From: Thermoproteota archaeon
GTDB taxonomy: Archaea > Thermoproteota > Thermoprotei > Gearchaeales > Gearchaeaceae
Direction: 5' to 3'
DNA: 64,000 nucleotides
NCBI GenBank assembly: GCA_021324265.1
Contig: JAJPJK010000004.1
Location: 64,811-128,810, forward strand
The first letter of the stretch is position 1, and each line of letters begins with the position of its first letter. Positions 1 through 10,069 of this stretch are shown here, piece by piece. A program made the translations under genes and the position numbers. The notes beneath the pieces are model-generated. The model made no database searches. It was not told the origin of the DNA and saw only the letters and a list, made by a program, of their open reading frames with translations.

Positions 1-1
1 A

Positions 2-823
2 GCGGTACTTGGATTTTTTATAGCAGCCATACTCTATACTAAAAAATTTCCAGCAGCATTCTTAATTACAATCGTAACCTTAACTGTTATAGGGATCATC
101 CTTACTGAGACCAATATAGTACCTAGCCTGGTATTCATTCCACAACAAATAACCACTACGCCGGCTTTTAACACTTCAATATTGCCGAATTTCTCTAGCA
201 ACCTACATTACTATATAGTTCTAATAACCAGCTCATTTCCAATCGCATTTTCTCTTTTCTTCGTTGAATTTTTCGATGCACTAGGCTCAATTACTGGTGT
301 AACTGCTAAGGCAGGCCTAATCGACGAAAAAGGGAGACCTAAAAATATAGAAAAAGCTCTATACACAGATGCTTCTGCAACAGTTGTAGGAGCTCTTGCA
401 GGAACAACAACAACAGTTGTATATATAGAGTCTGCTTCAGGCGTTGAAGCAGGAGGTAGAACAGGACTCACAGCAATAGTTGTGGGATTGCTTTTCTTGT
501 TATTCTTACCTTTTACAAACTTAGTCATCTCTATACCATCTTTCGCTACTGCCCCAGTACTTCTTCTCGTAGGACTCATGTTTGTGCCATTGATAAAAAA
601 AGTAGATTTTGAAGACCTCACCGAAGCTGTTCCGGCTTTCGTTGCAATTATCGGAATACCTCTAACTGCAAGTATAACGACAGGTATTGGCCTAGCCTTC
701 CTAACTTATACAGCTATGAAAATTTTGAGCGGAAGATTCAAAGATCTTAGTTTAACAACGATTATAGTAACAATAATATTCATAATATACTTCGCAACAG
801 CAGGTTTTATTTCCTTTAGCTAG
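2..823 (+). CDS. Purine permease of the NCS2 / AzgA-like xanthine-uracil permease family. Only the C-terminal part is in the window; the 5' end lies before it.
   Basis: The frame is open from base 2 with no upstream stop. The translation is polytopic and Gly/Ala/Thr-rich, typical of AzgA-family guanine/hypoxanthine permeases. Stop at 821-823. Confidence 0.6.
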   Translation, partial: AVLGFFIAAILYTKKFPAAFLITIVTLTVIGIILTETNIVPSLVFIPQQITTTPAFNTSILPNFSSNLHYYIVLITSSFPIAFSLFFVEFFDALGSITGVTAKAGLIDEKGRPKNIEKALYTDASATVVGALAGTTTTVVYIESASGVEAGGRTGLTAIVVGLLFLLFLPFTNLVISIPSFATAPVLLLVGLMFVPLIKKVDFEDLTEAVPAFVAIIGIPLTASITTGIGLAFLTYTAMKILSGRFKDLSLTTIIVTIIFIIYFATAGFISFS

Positions 824-2087
824 AAATTTTTTTTAATTCAAGCTTTTTCAAGTCAACTCCTGTGTTGTCCATCGTTATTACTGAACCTATCAAGAGTACT
901 ATATAGCCACCTATGAGTAAGATTGCATAGCCCCAGAAGATAGAGTAAAGAGAGACTATTGGCGCAAGAAGAAGACCAACAGTCGAGCCTATGTTGGCCA
1001 TGTTCCAAATAAAACCTATCGCAGATGCTCTAACATTCGTAGCAAATAGTTCTGAAAGATATGCTAACATAACACCTCCTGATAGGCCTATAAAACCTGT
1101 TATCAACCCGGCAGCTATCGCTACACTTAGGAAATTATTCGTGTAAAGCAATTGAATCGCAGGAATACTTAAAAGAATTCCAATTAATGAATATACCAAA
1201 AAGCTTCTTTTTCTTGTTAAATAATCACTGAAAATACCACCAAGAATAGTCATTATAGCGCCTATTACGCCCGCTATAGCTAGCGCTGAGAATATGAAGT
1301 TAACATTATATTTAAGAGATCTTAAGTATGTTGGTAAATAACCTAGCGTTGCATATGCAACCCAGTAAATGCCTGACATAACTAAGAGTGCAACTAGCGT
1401 TTCTCCAAGGTAATTTTTGAATAAGCCACTTATAGGAACTCTTAATATCTTGCCTTCCTTTTTAACTTCATCAAATAACTGCGATTCACCTACAGCAAGT
1501 CTAAGTACTAGACCTACAATGCTCACTACAATACTTAAATAGAAAGCATATCTCCATCCATAAGTTGAAAAGTTTTGACCGAAATAACTCGCCATAGCTA
1601 AAAAAGTAACAGCAGCTAAAGCATAACCCCAGTAATAACCTGATTGTAGGATGCCACTAGTTAAACCTCTACGACGATTATCGCTTGCTTCTACTGCTAT
1701 TAAATGTGAACCCGATACTTCGCCTCCCACGAAAATACCAACTAACAATCTGAGCAAAACAAATAAGGCAGGAGCCAATAAGCCAATTTCTGCATAGGTT
1801 GGCAATGCACCGGAAAGGGCAGAAAAAATTCCTAGACCTAGCAAAGTTATTAGCATCGTAATTCTGCGACCGACCCTATCAGCAACATGGCCAAATATAA
1901 TGCCCCCTAAAGGTCTAGCAAGCAAAGAAAGAGCATAGCTTGCGAAAACGGAAAGCAGACTAATTAATGGATTGCCACTCGGAAAGAATGCGCTCGCTAT
2001 AATGTTAGTTACGAAAAGCAGGAGAGTAAGGTCATAAACGTCGACCATCCAACCTATTGTCCCACCAACAATAGCCCTCCAATTCAT
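816..2087 (-). CDS. MFS transporter, metabolite:H+ symporter-like.
   Basis: 423 aa with 12 predicted TM segments. MFS motif GHVADRVGRR between TM2 and TM3. Convergent with the preceding permease; their stops overlap. Confidence 0.7.
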   Translation of the reverse strand: MNWRAIVGGTIGWMVDVYDLTLLLFVTNIIASAFFPSGNPLISLLSVFASYALSLLARPLGGIIFGHVADRVGRRITMLITLLGLGIFSALSGALPTYAEIGLLAPALFVLLRLLVGIFVGGEVSGSHLIAVEASDNRRRGLTSGILQSGYYWGYALAAVTFLAMASYFGQNFSTYGWRYAFYLSIVVSIVGLVLRLAVGESQLFDEVKKEGKILRVPISGLFKNYLGETLVALLVMSGIYWVAYATLGYLPTYLRSLKYNVNFIFSALAIAGVIGAIMTILGGIFSDYLTRKRSFLVYSLIGILLSIPAIQLLYTNNFLSVAIAAGLITGFIGLSGGVMLAYLSELFATNVRASAIGFIWNMANIGSTVGLLLAPIVSLYSIFWGYAILLIGGYIVLLIGSVITMDNTGVDLKKLELKKISS

Positions 2088-2222
2088 AATGAAAAAAAAT
2101 ATGCATTAATATTTAAACCTATACATTTGAGAATACAGCGAAATACTACTAACCGCTAATACATCATAACCTAGAAGAACAAGTTGAATCCTATTTGTTT
2201 CAAATAATGAAACATCTTCTGA

Positions 2223-3035
2223 ATGATTACTTTTAATTTCTTTCTAAAAATATTGAAAAAGTTAGTAAATCTTAAAAAGAAAGGTATTATTTTGGGTGAT
2301 GTAATTCCGCTTGTGGCTAAACATCATAATGCTCATCACTCAACTAGAAGAGATTATCCCATTAATTTTAAAGTTTTAACGATAATAGTGTTTATTTTTT
2401 TGGTTGCAGATATACTAATATTACTTCTTCCTTTCTATTTCAACCAACCTACAGACACTTTCATGATGGAACTTAGAAACACCTATTTAGCTAGCGATGG
2501 CTCTTATATACTTCTCAATTATACGCTAAAAAAGCTCTTATTAGTGAGCATAGCATCATGCATCCTTTCATATTCAGAAATGAAGCTGAATTGCAGTGGC
2601 AAAATTAACGGTACTGAAATAATCGTGTTCGTAAACAGATTTATCTACTCGTATATGTATAGAACGTCAAATAGCTCGCTTGTTTATCTTAATTTAAGTA
2701 TAAACATAACACTTGATAAAGGATTCGATACATGGACTGGATCCTATCCTGTAAACTGGAAACCATTAGAAGTTTATTCATTTAACAATGGTACAGTCAA
2801 AGTTCACAATCCAAACTACATACCGTTCAATCTTACAAATGTACAAGTATATCATTATAAATCAATCTATGAGCTACCAACCATAACCACATTAGGAAAC
2901 TTCACTATTGATCCAAATTCTACTATAATCCTGCAAGCAGACAATTTAAATGGTACAACATACATCAGATTCTATTATAATTACAAGTTTGCACCTGGAG
3001 GTGTTGTATATGAAAGTAGACAAGTTAGCCCTTAA
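2223..3035 (+). CDS. Hypothetical membrane-anchored extracellular protein rich in N-glycosylation sequons.
   Basis: One N-terminal TM helix. More than 10 NxS/T sequons (NYT, NCS, NGT, NSS, NLS, NIT, NFT, NST) in the C-terminal 180 aa, as in archaeal surface glycoproteins. Confidence 0.4.
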   Translation: MITFNFFLKILKKLVNLKKKGIILGDVIPLVAKHHNAHHSTRRDYPINFKVLTIIVFIFLVADILILLLPFYFNQPTDTFMMELRNTYLASDGSYILLNYTLKKLLLVSIASCILSYSEMKLNCSGKINGTEIIVFVNRFIYSYMYRTSNSSLVYLNLSINITLDKGFDTWTGSYPVNWKPLEVYSFNNGTVKVHNPNYIPFNLTNVQVYHYKSIYELPTITTLGNFTIDPNSTIILQADNLNGTTYIRFYYNYKFAPGGVVYESRQVSP

Positions 3036-3621
3036 ACTAGCGATTATATTAGCAATAATAACATCGATATTGGGTATCATAATACAGTTATTTCCATTCG
3101 CATCTTTTAGTGGTTTGATAAACGGCGAAATAAGTTTGCTAAGATATAACTTAATGCTTGACAATGAAAACTTAATTATTTCTCCTCAGAACACAATCGG
3201 AATTAGATCGATCTACTCGATCATTAGCAGTGTTTTCTTACTTCTCAGCACTTTTTATTTATTCATAAGCTATAGGAAACATAAGAATACTTCAAAAACA
3301 ATTACAGCGAACAGTATATTCTTAGGAGCAGCCTTTGTAAACTTATTCGCTTCTACAATGACCATCCAATCTTATAGTTGGTTGTTTAAAGTACTTAAAA
3401 TATTTCTTGATAGTTTTCAAGGTTCTTACTTAACTTCAGCAGGTATTTTACAACTTTATGGATTTAAGATGACAATAATCGATATAGCTTGGTTAATATA
3501 CTTGAATGTTTTATTAGCTATACTGTTAATTGGATTAATTCTTTACAATGTGATAAAACAAGAAGAAGATAAAGAAATCGAAAAAAAGGTAATAGAAATA
3601 CCTATTACAGTACCAACTTAA
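3010..3621 (+). CDS. Hypothetical polytopic membrane protein. The ORF track starts it at 2950; the likely true start is the ATG at 3010.
   Basis: Hydrophobic helices begin right after MKVDKLALKLAIILAII. The 2950 start would overlap the upstream gene by 86 nt in another frame. The 3010 start leaves a 26-nt overlap typical of coupled genes. Confidence 0.4.
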   Translation: MKVDKLALKLAIILAIITSILGIIIQLFPFASFSGLINGEISLLRYNLMLDNENLIISPQNTIGIRSIYSIISSVFLLLSTFYLFISYRKHKNTSKTITANSIFLGAAFVNLFASTMTIQSYSWLFKVLKIFLDSFQGSYLTSAGILQLYGFKMTIIDIAWLIYLNVLLAILLIGLILYNVIKQEEDKEIEKKVIEIPITVPT

Positions 3622-4538
3622 TATGAATTATAGAACAGTCTACGCAAGGTAGCACCTATCAATCCAATCGCATCCTTGCCTTGTTCTAAAGCATAGAAAA
3701 AAGATAAGAAACCATGTGTGACTCCATTAAATCTAACCGATGTAACTTGAACTCCTGCCTCAGCTAGCTTAGCTGCATAAACTTCACCTTGATCTCTTAA
3801 AGGATCATACTCAGCAGTTATTACCAATGCAGGCGCCAAATTTTTAAAATCTTGAGCTAATATCGGTGAAAAACGAAAATCAAATACATCTTCGGGCTTA
3901 GCAAAATACTGGGATGCAAACCAAATTATGTGATCGTTTTCTAGGAAATAACCCTTCGAAAACTCCGTCATTGATCTAGAAGTTAGATCTATCCCAACTG
4001 TTGGATATATCAAAATTTGTTGCTTCAATTCTATATTGTTATTTCTCGCTAATATCGCTAATACCGCTGCGATATTACCCCCTGCGCTATCGCCGGCTAT
4101 CGCAATCCCTTTATTCGCATTAAAACTACTGGCGTTTTCATTAACCCATTTCAAAGCATCGAAAGAATCTATTATTGCAGCAGGAAACTTATGTTCAGGT
4201 GCAAGTCTATAATCGACAGAAATTACAAGAGCATCTGAAGCCCTAGTTATTGCCCTACAAACATTATCGTAAGTGTCGAGATCTCCGATAACAAAACCTC
4301 CCCCGTGATAATAAATCAAAATTCCGTAGGGAGCTTCACGAAAAGGATAATAGATCCTTGCTTTTATGTCAGCCTCGCTACCATGAATTTTTATTTCTTC
4401 AACTTTCTTTACTTCTATCAACTTTTCCCCTCTTGAAATTTCTCTGAATATCCTCCTGAGCTCTTGCACATCCACCTTTCCGACAGGCAAATTAAAACCT
4501 GCGCTTATCAACTCTCTCAGCTTAGGATCCAAAGGCAT
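3618..4538 (-). CDS. Alpha/beta-hydrolase carboxylesterase of the hormone-sensitive-lipase (HSL) family.
   Basis: HGGGF oxyanion-hole motif and GDSAGG nucleophile elbow. C-terminal DPLRD and HGF motifs. About 306 aa, as for archaeal HSL-type esterases. Confidence 0.8.
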   Translation of the reverse strand: MPLDPKLRELISAGFNLPVGKVDVQELRRIFREISRGEKLIEVKKVEEIKIHGSEADIKARIYYPFREAPYGILIYYHGGGFVIGDLDTYDNVCRAITRASDALVISVDYRLAPEHKFPAAIIDSFDALKWVNENASSFNANKGIAIAGDSAGGNIAAVLAILARNNNIELKQQILIYPTVGIDLTSRSMTEFSKGYFLENDHIIWFASQYFAKPEDVFDFRFSPILAQDFKNLAPALVITAEYDPLRDQGEVYAAKLAEAGVQVTSVRFNGVTHGFLSFFYALEQGKDAIGLIGATLRRLFYNSY

Positions 4539-4612
4539 AAACTTATAATGTCTAGGCTAATAATAAGAATGACTAAAGTTAAGTATACTAAGATTCAATG
4601 AAAACACAGAAA

Positions 4613-4626
4613 AATTTAATAAAAAC
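4613..4626 (+). promoter_or_regulatory. Archaeal TATA-box-like element upstream of the glycerate kinase gene.
   Basis: The sequence aatttaataaaaa lies about 25-35 nt upstream of the ATG at 4650 in a divergent intergenic region. This is consistent with a leaderless archaeal promoter. Confidence 0.3.
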
Positions 4627-4649
4627 TTATTCTTTCTGTTTACAATAAA

Positions 4650-5888
4650 ATGATAGATAAAATAATAGAATTGATCGATTTTTATGCAGATCCGAAAAGA
4701 GCACTTTCGCAAAAAATAAAAGTTACTGGTAATAAGCTCTACATTAATGGATTCAATTTCGATCTTGGGAATAGAGCCTTAGTTGTTTCATTCGGTAAAT
4801 GTGCATTCAAAATGGCTAAATGGGCACAAGAAAACTTAAAGTTCGAGCAAGGAATATTGGTACGACCATTGAATGATGTCGAAGGAAAGTTGGATGAATT
4901 TATAGAAATTAGGTCAACACATCCAAATATCTCTGACAAAAGTATTGAGGCAGCGAAATTAATTGAAGAAGAGGTCAAAAGAAATTATTCATCAATACTT
5001 TTTCTCATTTCAGGTGGTTCTTCAGCATTGGTCGAGGACCCTCTCATAGATTTGGATGATATGATCATATTAAATGAATTGCTTATAAAGAGCGGAGCGT
5101 CTATACATGAAATCAACACAGTAAGAAAACACTTATCTAAAGTCAAAGGAGGGAAGCTTGCTCTGCTTTGTAAAGCGAAGTTCATTACCTTAGCTGTAAG
5201 CGATGTACCCTTTGATGAACCATCAATAATAGGTAGTGGGCCAACTTATCCCGATTCTTCAACTTTTAAGGATGCCTATGAAGTACTACTAGCTAAAAAG
5301 GTCTGGCAAGAATTGCCTGAAAGAGTAAAAAGATTTATTCTTAGAGGGATCGAAAAAGAGATCGAAGAGACTCCTAAGAACTTTCTTAGCCCTTACTTCA
5401 TCATCTTGAGGAACAGGGATGTTCTAAATGCTCTGGCTAAAGAGTTCAAGAAACTTAACCCTTTAATTTTAACTTCATGGGCTCAGGGAGAAAGCAGAGA
5501 GATTGCGAAACTATTCTCTAGAATATTCCAAGAAAATGAAGAAAACAAAGCTCTTATCATGGGAGGCGAGCCTGATGTGACTGTGCGAGGAAAGGGCAGA
5601 GGCGGAAGAAACAGCGAATTCGTGTTGTCATTTTTAAAAAACATGTATAAAGTAAATGAATTCTACATACTTGCATATGCCACAGATGGCTTGGATGGGA
5701 ATTCAAATGCTGCAGGTGCATGGGGTGATGAAAAAACATTGCATGAGATTCAGGAAAAGGGGATTGAAGTAGAGAAAGAACTTAATGACAACAATACTGC
5801 GTTTGTAATGGAAAAAGTGAATAAGTTAATCGTTAGAGGGATTACTGGTAATAACGTGAATAACGTTTATTTAGCACTAAAAAACTAG
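4650..5888 (+). CDS. Glycerate 2-kinase of the MOFRL family.
   Basis: MOFRL-type motifs: SGGSSAL, GGEPDVTVRGKGRGGRNSEF and ATDGLDG. About 412 aa. This family is used in the non-phosphorylative ED pathway of Thermoplasmatales. Confidence 0.7.
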   Translation: MIDKIIELIDFYADPKRALSQKIKVTGNKLYINGFNFDLGNRALVVSFGKCAFKMAKWAQENLKFEQGILVRPLNDVEGKLDEFIEIRSTHPNISDKSIEAAKLIEEEVKRNYSSILFLISGGSSALVEDPLIDLDDMIILNELLIKSGASIHEINTVRKHLSKVKGGKLALLCKAKFITLAVSDVPFDEPSIIGSGPTYPDSSTFKDAYEVLLAKKVWQELPERVKRFILRGIEKEIEETPKNFLSPYFIILRNRDVLNALAKEFKKLNPLILTSWAQGESREIAKLFSRIFQENEENKALIMGGEPDVTVRGKGRGGRNSEFVLSFLKNMYKVNEFYILAYATDGLDGNSNAAGAWGDEKTLHEIQEKGIEVEKELNDNNTAFVMEKVNKLIVRGITGNNVNNVYLALKN

Positions 5889-6532
5889 ACTAAAAATTTA
5901 TATAACTCGCCAATGAGAACTGGTTCTTCACGGATTACCCATTTTCTATGCTTGGCCTCTCTCAGCTTTTCAACCACATGAGACCATCCAATTAAGGAAT
6001 CTAACTCGTAAATTACTACATATTCGTTATCGTCAATGCCAAATGAATACGTTGTATATGAAATTATTCCTTTACCTTCTGGATGCAATCTAGCCATTCT
6101 TATGTGTTCTTCAAGCATCTTCTTTCTTTCACTTTCATCTAGTAAAAACCATTCAGGATCGCGCTTCATAGGATATGCAACCAAGTATTTCTTTGGCTCT
6201 TTATTCACAGGCCTTAATTGATCTTTGAAATAGGGAGAAGGCTCGTATATAGAAAACAAAGTGTAAGCTTTTGAAATATATTTACCTAATCTCCTCTTGA
6301 TTATATTTTGAAGCTCTGTTATACCAACTGTATCTTTAACAAATGCCCATAGCAAGACATCCAGATCAACTTTTAGAGATTTGAATATCCTCAATAGTTC
6401 AAATTTATCCTTAAGCTTGTTGAGGTCTTCGATGAATTGAGAAAATGCTTCAGTTCTTTTTTCCTCCTCTAAATCCCACCATCTCTCATTGAAGGTAAGT
6501 GCTATTATATTAGAGTAAAGCACATCGCCCAT
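5885..6532 (-). CDS. Chlorite dismutase / HemQ-like (Cld family) protein.
   Basis: N-terminal ...FNERWWDLEEEKR... pattern (hydrophobic-strand then WW then acidic/ER), characteristic of Cld/HemQ-like proteins. About 215 aa. Confidence 0.5.
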   Translation of the reverse strand: MGDVLYSNIIALTFNERWWDLEEEKRTEAFSQFIEDLNKLKDKFELLRIFKSLKVDLDVLLWAFVKDTVGITELQNIIKRRLGKYISKAYTLFSIYEPSPYFKDQLRPVNKEPKKYLVAYPMKRDPEWFLLDESERKKMLEEHIRMARLHPEGKGIISYTTYSFGIDDNEYVVIYELDSLIGWSHVVEKLREAKHRKWVIREEPVLIGELYKFLV

Positions 6533-6661
6533 ATTGCTAAACTAAACTGTTAATTATTTAAGCTATAACAAATGCTGATAGTACTGTTTTAAAAATATAT
6601 AGATATATGAATTTATATTTAAGAGAAATAGTCTTATTATTTACACTACTTAATTCTACTA

Positions 6662-7831
6662 GTGGAGCTCAGTAGAGAAGAGGAAAAGGCATTGAAAGGC
6701 GAGTATGGCGAGGCGCTTGCTACAGCCTATAGAATCCTTGTAGCTATAGGTGAGGCTACAGGTGCGCAAAGACTTATAAAAGTAGAATGGGCTCACATAT
6801 CTGGAGTAAATTATAACACAATAGGAGATGCTGGTCTAAAATTCCTTGAAGACTTCAGCAAAGGAATGGAAGGGAGGAAAGTCATAATAAAGACAACAAT
6901 TAATCCAATGGGTTATGATCCTCAAAAACTTAATAACCTTGGACAAGATTTCACAGAAAAACAAAGTAAAATTATCGAAGCATATGAACGACTTGGAATT
7001 AAAGGCCCCTATACATGCATACCATATGAAGCATTCGAACTGCCTAAAGCTGGAACCCAAGTTAGCTTTGCAGAAAGTAACGCTGCAGTCTTTGTGAACT
7101 CCATGCTAGGGCTAATAACAAATAAAGAGAGTAGCTTAAGTGCGCTTGCTAGTGCTATAACAGGTAAGGCCCCTGATTCAGGTTTAAGAAATACTGAAAT
7201 GAGGAACCCAAAGGTGATCGTAAATGTAAGAAAAAAGCTAAGAAACGAACTAGATTTTGCGATACTGGGTTATTTTGCAGGAAAAATCGATGAACCATCC
7301 ATAGGGATCGAATTGAATGAAAATATGATAATCGACAAAACCCATGCAAAAGCATTAAGTGCATCACTTGGTTTGAGCGGGTCTGCTGGACTTTTTAAAA
7401 TTGGTAAATTCGAAAAATGGAAAGAGAAGATTGAGTTCACAGAAAAGGATGCTGAAATGATTAAAGATGAAATAAGCAACGCAGATAAGGGCGATGTAAT
7501 AGTATTCGGAAGCCCACAGCTAGGCTTAAAGGAATTAGAAAGACTCGTTCAACTCATGAAGATGAGGAAATTCAGAAAAAGATGCATCATATTTTGCGAG
7601 AGAGGCATTTTTAATCGCGCAAAGAAACTTGGGATCGCAGAGAAGCTCGAAAGTGCTAATGCTGAAATTTATTGTGATTCATGCTCATGTCTTACACCTT
7701 ATCTGAGCAAAGAGAACTTCGATTCAGTAATAACAAACAGCGTAAAAGCTGCTTATTATTTAAGGAACTGGAACAAGCTCAATGTATCACTGAAAAGTAT
7801 GGAAGAAATTGTTGAAGAAGAATGCGAATGA
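6662..7831 (+). CDS. AcnX-type hydro-lyase large subunit (DUF521, predicted aconitase X catalytic subunit). GTG start.
   Basis: N-terminal ...EEEKALKGEYGEALATAYRILVAIGEATGAQRLI... matches the conserved DUF521 N-terminus. 389 aa. Followed immediately by a DUF126-type small subunit. Confidence 0.7.
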   Translation: MELSREEEKALKGEYGEALATAYRILVAIGEATGAQRLIKVEWAHISGVNYNTIGDAGLKFLEDFSKGMEGRKVIIKTTINPMGYDPQKLNNLGQDFTEKQSKIIEAYERLGIKGPYTCIPYEAFELPKAGTQVSFAESNAAVFVNSMLGLITNKESSLSALASAITGKAPDSGLRNTEMRNPKVIVNVRKKLRNELDFAILGYFAGKIDEPSIGIELNENMIIDKTHAKALSASLGLSGSAGLFKIGKFEKWKEKIEFTEKDAEMIKDEISNADKGDVIVFGSPQLGLKELERLVQLMKMRKFRKRCIIFCERGIFNRAKKLGIAEKLESANAEIYCDSCSCLTPYLSKENFDSVITNSVKAAYYLRNWNKLNVSLKSMEEIVEEECE

Positions 7832-8208
7832 ACTGCAAATCCATAATTAAGGGTTTCGCAAAAGGTATTGTGCTCAAGACGGAAAGGCCCATAAATCTAC
7901 TCATGCTAAATGATAATGGAATACTGAATGATGCCGCACATATTTTAAATGGAAAATCTGTTGCCAATAGAGTTCTGGTTTTCCCATATGCCGTCGGTAG
8001 TAGTGTAGGAGCATATAGGTTATATAACCTTAGAGTGAACAAAAATGCTCCAAATGCGATAATTTGCTTGAAACCAGATCTCATTACTGTTTCCGGCTGC
8101 GCCATTGCTAATATCCCTCTTGTAGTTTGTAGCCTCGAGGATTTTAAGATGATAAAGGATGGCATTGAAATTAGTGTTGATGCAGATAAAGGAGAAATTT
8201 TGTTTTAA
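7822..8208 (+). CDS. AcnX-type hydro-lyase small subunit (DUF126).
   Basis: About 128 aa with a Gly-rich swivel-like segment (PYAVGSSVGAY). Overlaps the end of the large subunit by 10 nt, giving the canonical two-gene AcnX arrangement. Confidence 0.6.
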   Translation: MRMNCKSIIKGFAKGIVLKTERPINLLMLNDNGILNDAAHILNGKSVANRVLVFPYAVGSSVGAYRLYNLRVNKNAPNAIICLKPDLITVSGCAIANIPLVVCSLEDFKMIKDGIEISVDADKGEILF

Positions 8209-8239
8209 GTTTTTCTTCCAGACAATTCAATTCTAGAAT

Positions 8240-9142
8240 GTGGATCCTCTTTTTGCTTTAAATATAGATCCTTATAGTGCCTATATCGATGACGAGATAA
8301 AGATTGCAAAAATCGCGGACGAGCATGGAATCGATATAATTTCAATGCAAGACCATCCATACAATGGGAACTTTCTGGATACTTGGACATTCCTCACATA
8401 TTTAGCTAGTATAACAGAAAAGGTTCGCATAATGACAAATGTAGCAAACACACCACTCAGGAATCCAGTAATGCTCGCCAAGCAAGCTTCGACTCTTGAT
8501 AGAATCACAAAAGGGAGAGTTGAGTTAGGTATAGGCGCAGGTGCATTCTGGGATGGTATTAGATCTTTTGGATTAGAAAAAAAGGATCCAAAAGAAGCCT
8601 TCGAAGCCTTCAAGGATGCCATAAACATAATGAGGATTTTCTTTAGTATAACTAGAGATAATGAACTTGCATCTTATGAAGGAAAATATTATAGCCTATA
8701 TAGCGCATATCTTGGCCCTAAACCATATCATAAGATAAGGATTTGGATAGGAGGATATGGTAAGAAGATGCTTGCATTGATTGGAATGTATGGAGATGGT
8801 TGGACGATTTCCTTACCTTATCTGCCACCACAAGAATTGCCTTCTAAAAAGAAAATCATTGAAGAATACGCACTGAAAAAAGGAAGAGACCCAAAAAACA
8901 TAAGAACGAATTACAACTTCGGTGGTATCATATTCAGTGATGAAAAAGAAAGAGAAAGAATAAAAAGAGCAGATGTGATTATGGGTACAATAGACGAATG
9001 GGTTAAAATAATGCTAGAATTCCACAAACTAGGTGTAGACACTTTTACCTTCTGGGCTGCTGGGCCTCGCAAAGTGGAGCAAAGCATACTATTTGCGAAA
9101 GAAGTAGTTCCAAGATTTAAGGAATCATTAGGCTATAAATAG
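8240..9142 (+). CDS. Luciferase-like monooxygenase (LLM) family flavin/F420-dependent oxidoreductase. GTG start.
   Basis: LLM-like motifs: TLDRITKGRVELGIGAGAFWDG and GGYGKKMLALIGMYGDGW. TIM-barrel LLM-sized protein, about 300 aa. Confidence 0.6.
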   Translation: MDPLFALNIDPYSAYIDDEIKIAKIADEHGIDIISMQDHPYNGNFLDTWTFLTYLASITEKVRIMTNVANTPLRNPVMLAKQASTLDRITKGRVELGIGAGAFWDGIRSFGLEKKDPKEAFEAFKDAINIMRIFFSITRDNELASYEGKYYSLYSAYLGPKPYHKIRIWIGGYGKKMLALIGMYGDGWTISLPYLPPQELPSKKKIIEEYALKKGRDPKNIRTNYNFGGIIFSDEKERERIKRADVIMGTIDEWVKIMLEFHKLGVDTFTFWAAGPRKVEQSILFAKEVVPRFKESLGYK

Positions 9143-10038
9143 TCCTCGAACTTAACAGGGTTCCTAGCTTTACCTGTTTCAAGATATTGCCTTATGTTCT
9201 TCACAGCCTCGATGATAGCATAATTCATAACTTCTTCACCACCGCCTGCGCCAGCAATATGTAACGTGCCCATGAAGTTATCTAGCTCCCATAGTTTTGA
9301 ATCGAAATCTTCTCTGCCTTCTTTAATCCAGAAAACATCTGTAGCGAATCTAACATCAGGCCTTTCCTTCAACAACTTATATATTCCATCTTCATCCATC
9401 GTATCTCCTCTTCCTATGTTTACTATAATACAATTTTCTTTGACCTTCCTGAGAATTTCATAGTTCAAAATGCGTTCGGTATATTTGTTTAAAGGAAGCG
9501 CGTTAACTATGACATCACCTCGACTTATTACTTCGCTGAGTTCATTAGGGTTGTATTTCTCATCGAAATATTGTGGATATTTAAATGTCCTTGATACACC
9601 AATCACATGCATAAAAAATGCTTGCTTGCCTATCCTTGCAATTTCGCTACCAATCTCTCCTGCACCAAGAATCAATAAAATCTTTTTGTGTAATAAATAG
9701 GTCCTATGAGCTTTCTTTCTTCCAACCATTTTAGCTACCCCTAATATCAAAGCCCAAGCATGCTCAGAAACAGAATGATTAAATGCGCCTGCATTAGAGA
9801 ATACTTTGATATTCCTAGGCAATATTGAATAAGGCAAGCCATCCGCGCCTGCTGTTATAGTTTGTATAGCTTCTAGATTTTTCGCCTTTTTAATTATAGT
9901 TTCATTTATAGTTCTTGGAAATGCCAATATCACCTTAGCCTTTTGTAGAATTTCATCTGTGATATTTCCATCTACAACTTCATAACCTTTCAGAATTTTT
10001 TTTGCTTCTTCAGGTAACTTTACAAAGGATATTATCAT
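9133..10038 (-). CDS. D-isomer-specific 2-hydroxyacid dehydrogenase family, NAD(P)-dependent.
   Basis: Rossmann motif LILGAGEIGSEIARIG. Catalytic-domain motifs VNIGRGDTMDEDGIYKLL and ATDVF...LHIAG. Confidence 0.7.
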   Translation of the reverse strand: MIISFVKLPEEAKKILKGYEVVDGNITDEILQKAKVILAFPRTINETIIKKAKNLEAIQTITAGADGLPYSILPRNIKVFSNAGAFNHSVSEHAWALILGVAKMVGRKKAHRTYLLHKKILLILGAGEIGSEIARIGKQAFFMHVIGVSRTFKYPQYFDEKYNPNELSEVISRGDVIVNALPLNKYTERILNYEILRKVKENCIIVNIGRGDTMDEDGIYKLLKERPDVRFATDVFWIKEGREDFDSKLWELDNFMGTLHIAGAGGGEEVMNYAIIEAVKNIRQYLETGKARNPVKFEDYL

Positions 10039-10069
10039 AAAACTAAAGTAACCAATCTTAAAAAAATTT

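Noticed and set aside
211-621. Antisense ORF of 136 aa inside the purine permease gene, and many similar 60-150-aa ORFs embedded in or opposite to larger genes (e.g. 4739-4978, 6836-7060, 19048-19836, 23457-23924, 25558-26121, 36826-37455, 38984-39546, 43423-43677, 49468-50748, 51473-52081, 55849-56217).
   Set aside because: Each lies wholly within a longer ORF on the other strand or frame that has clear family motifs. Their composition is the mirror image of the real gene. They are treated as spurious.
8205-8240. Possible longer N-terminus for the LLM oxidoreductase.
   Set aside because: An in-frame TAG at 8234-8236 lies immediately upstream of the GTG at 8240, so the ORF cannot extend further. 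A GTG start is accepted.
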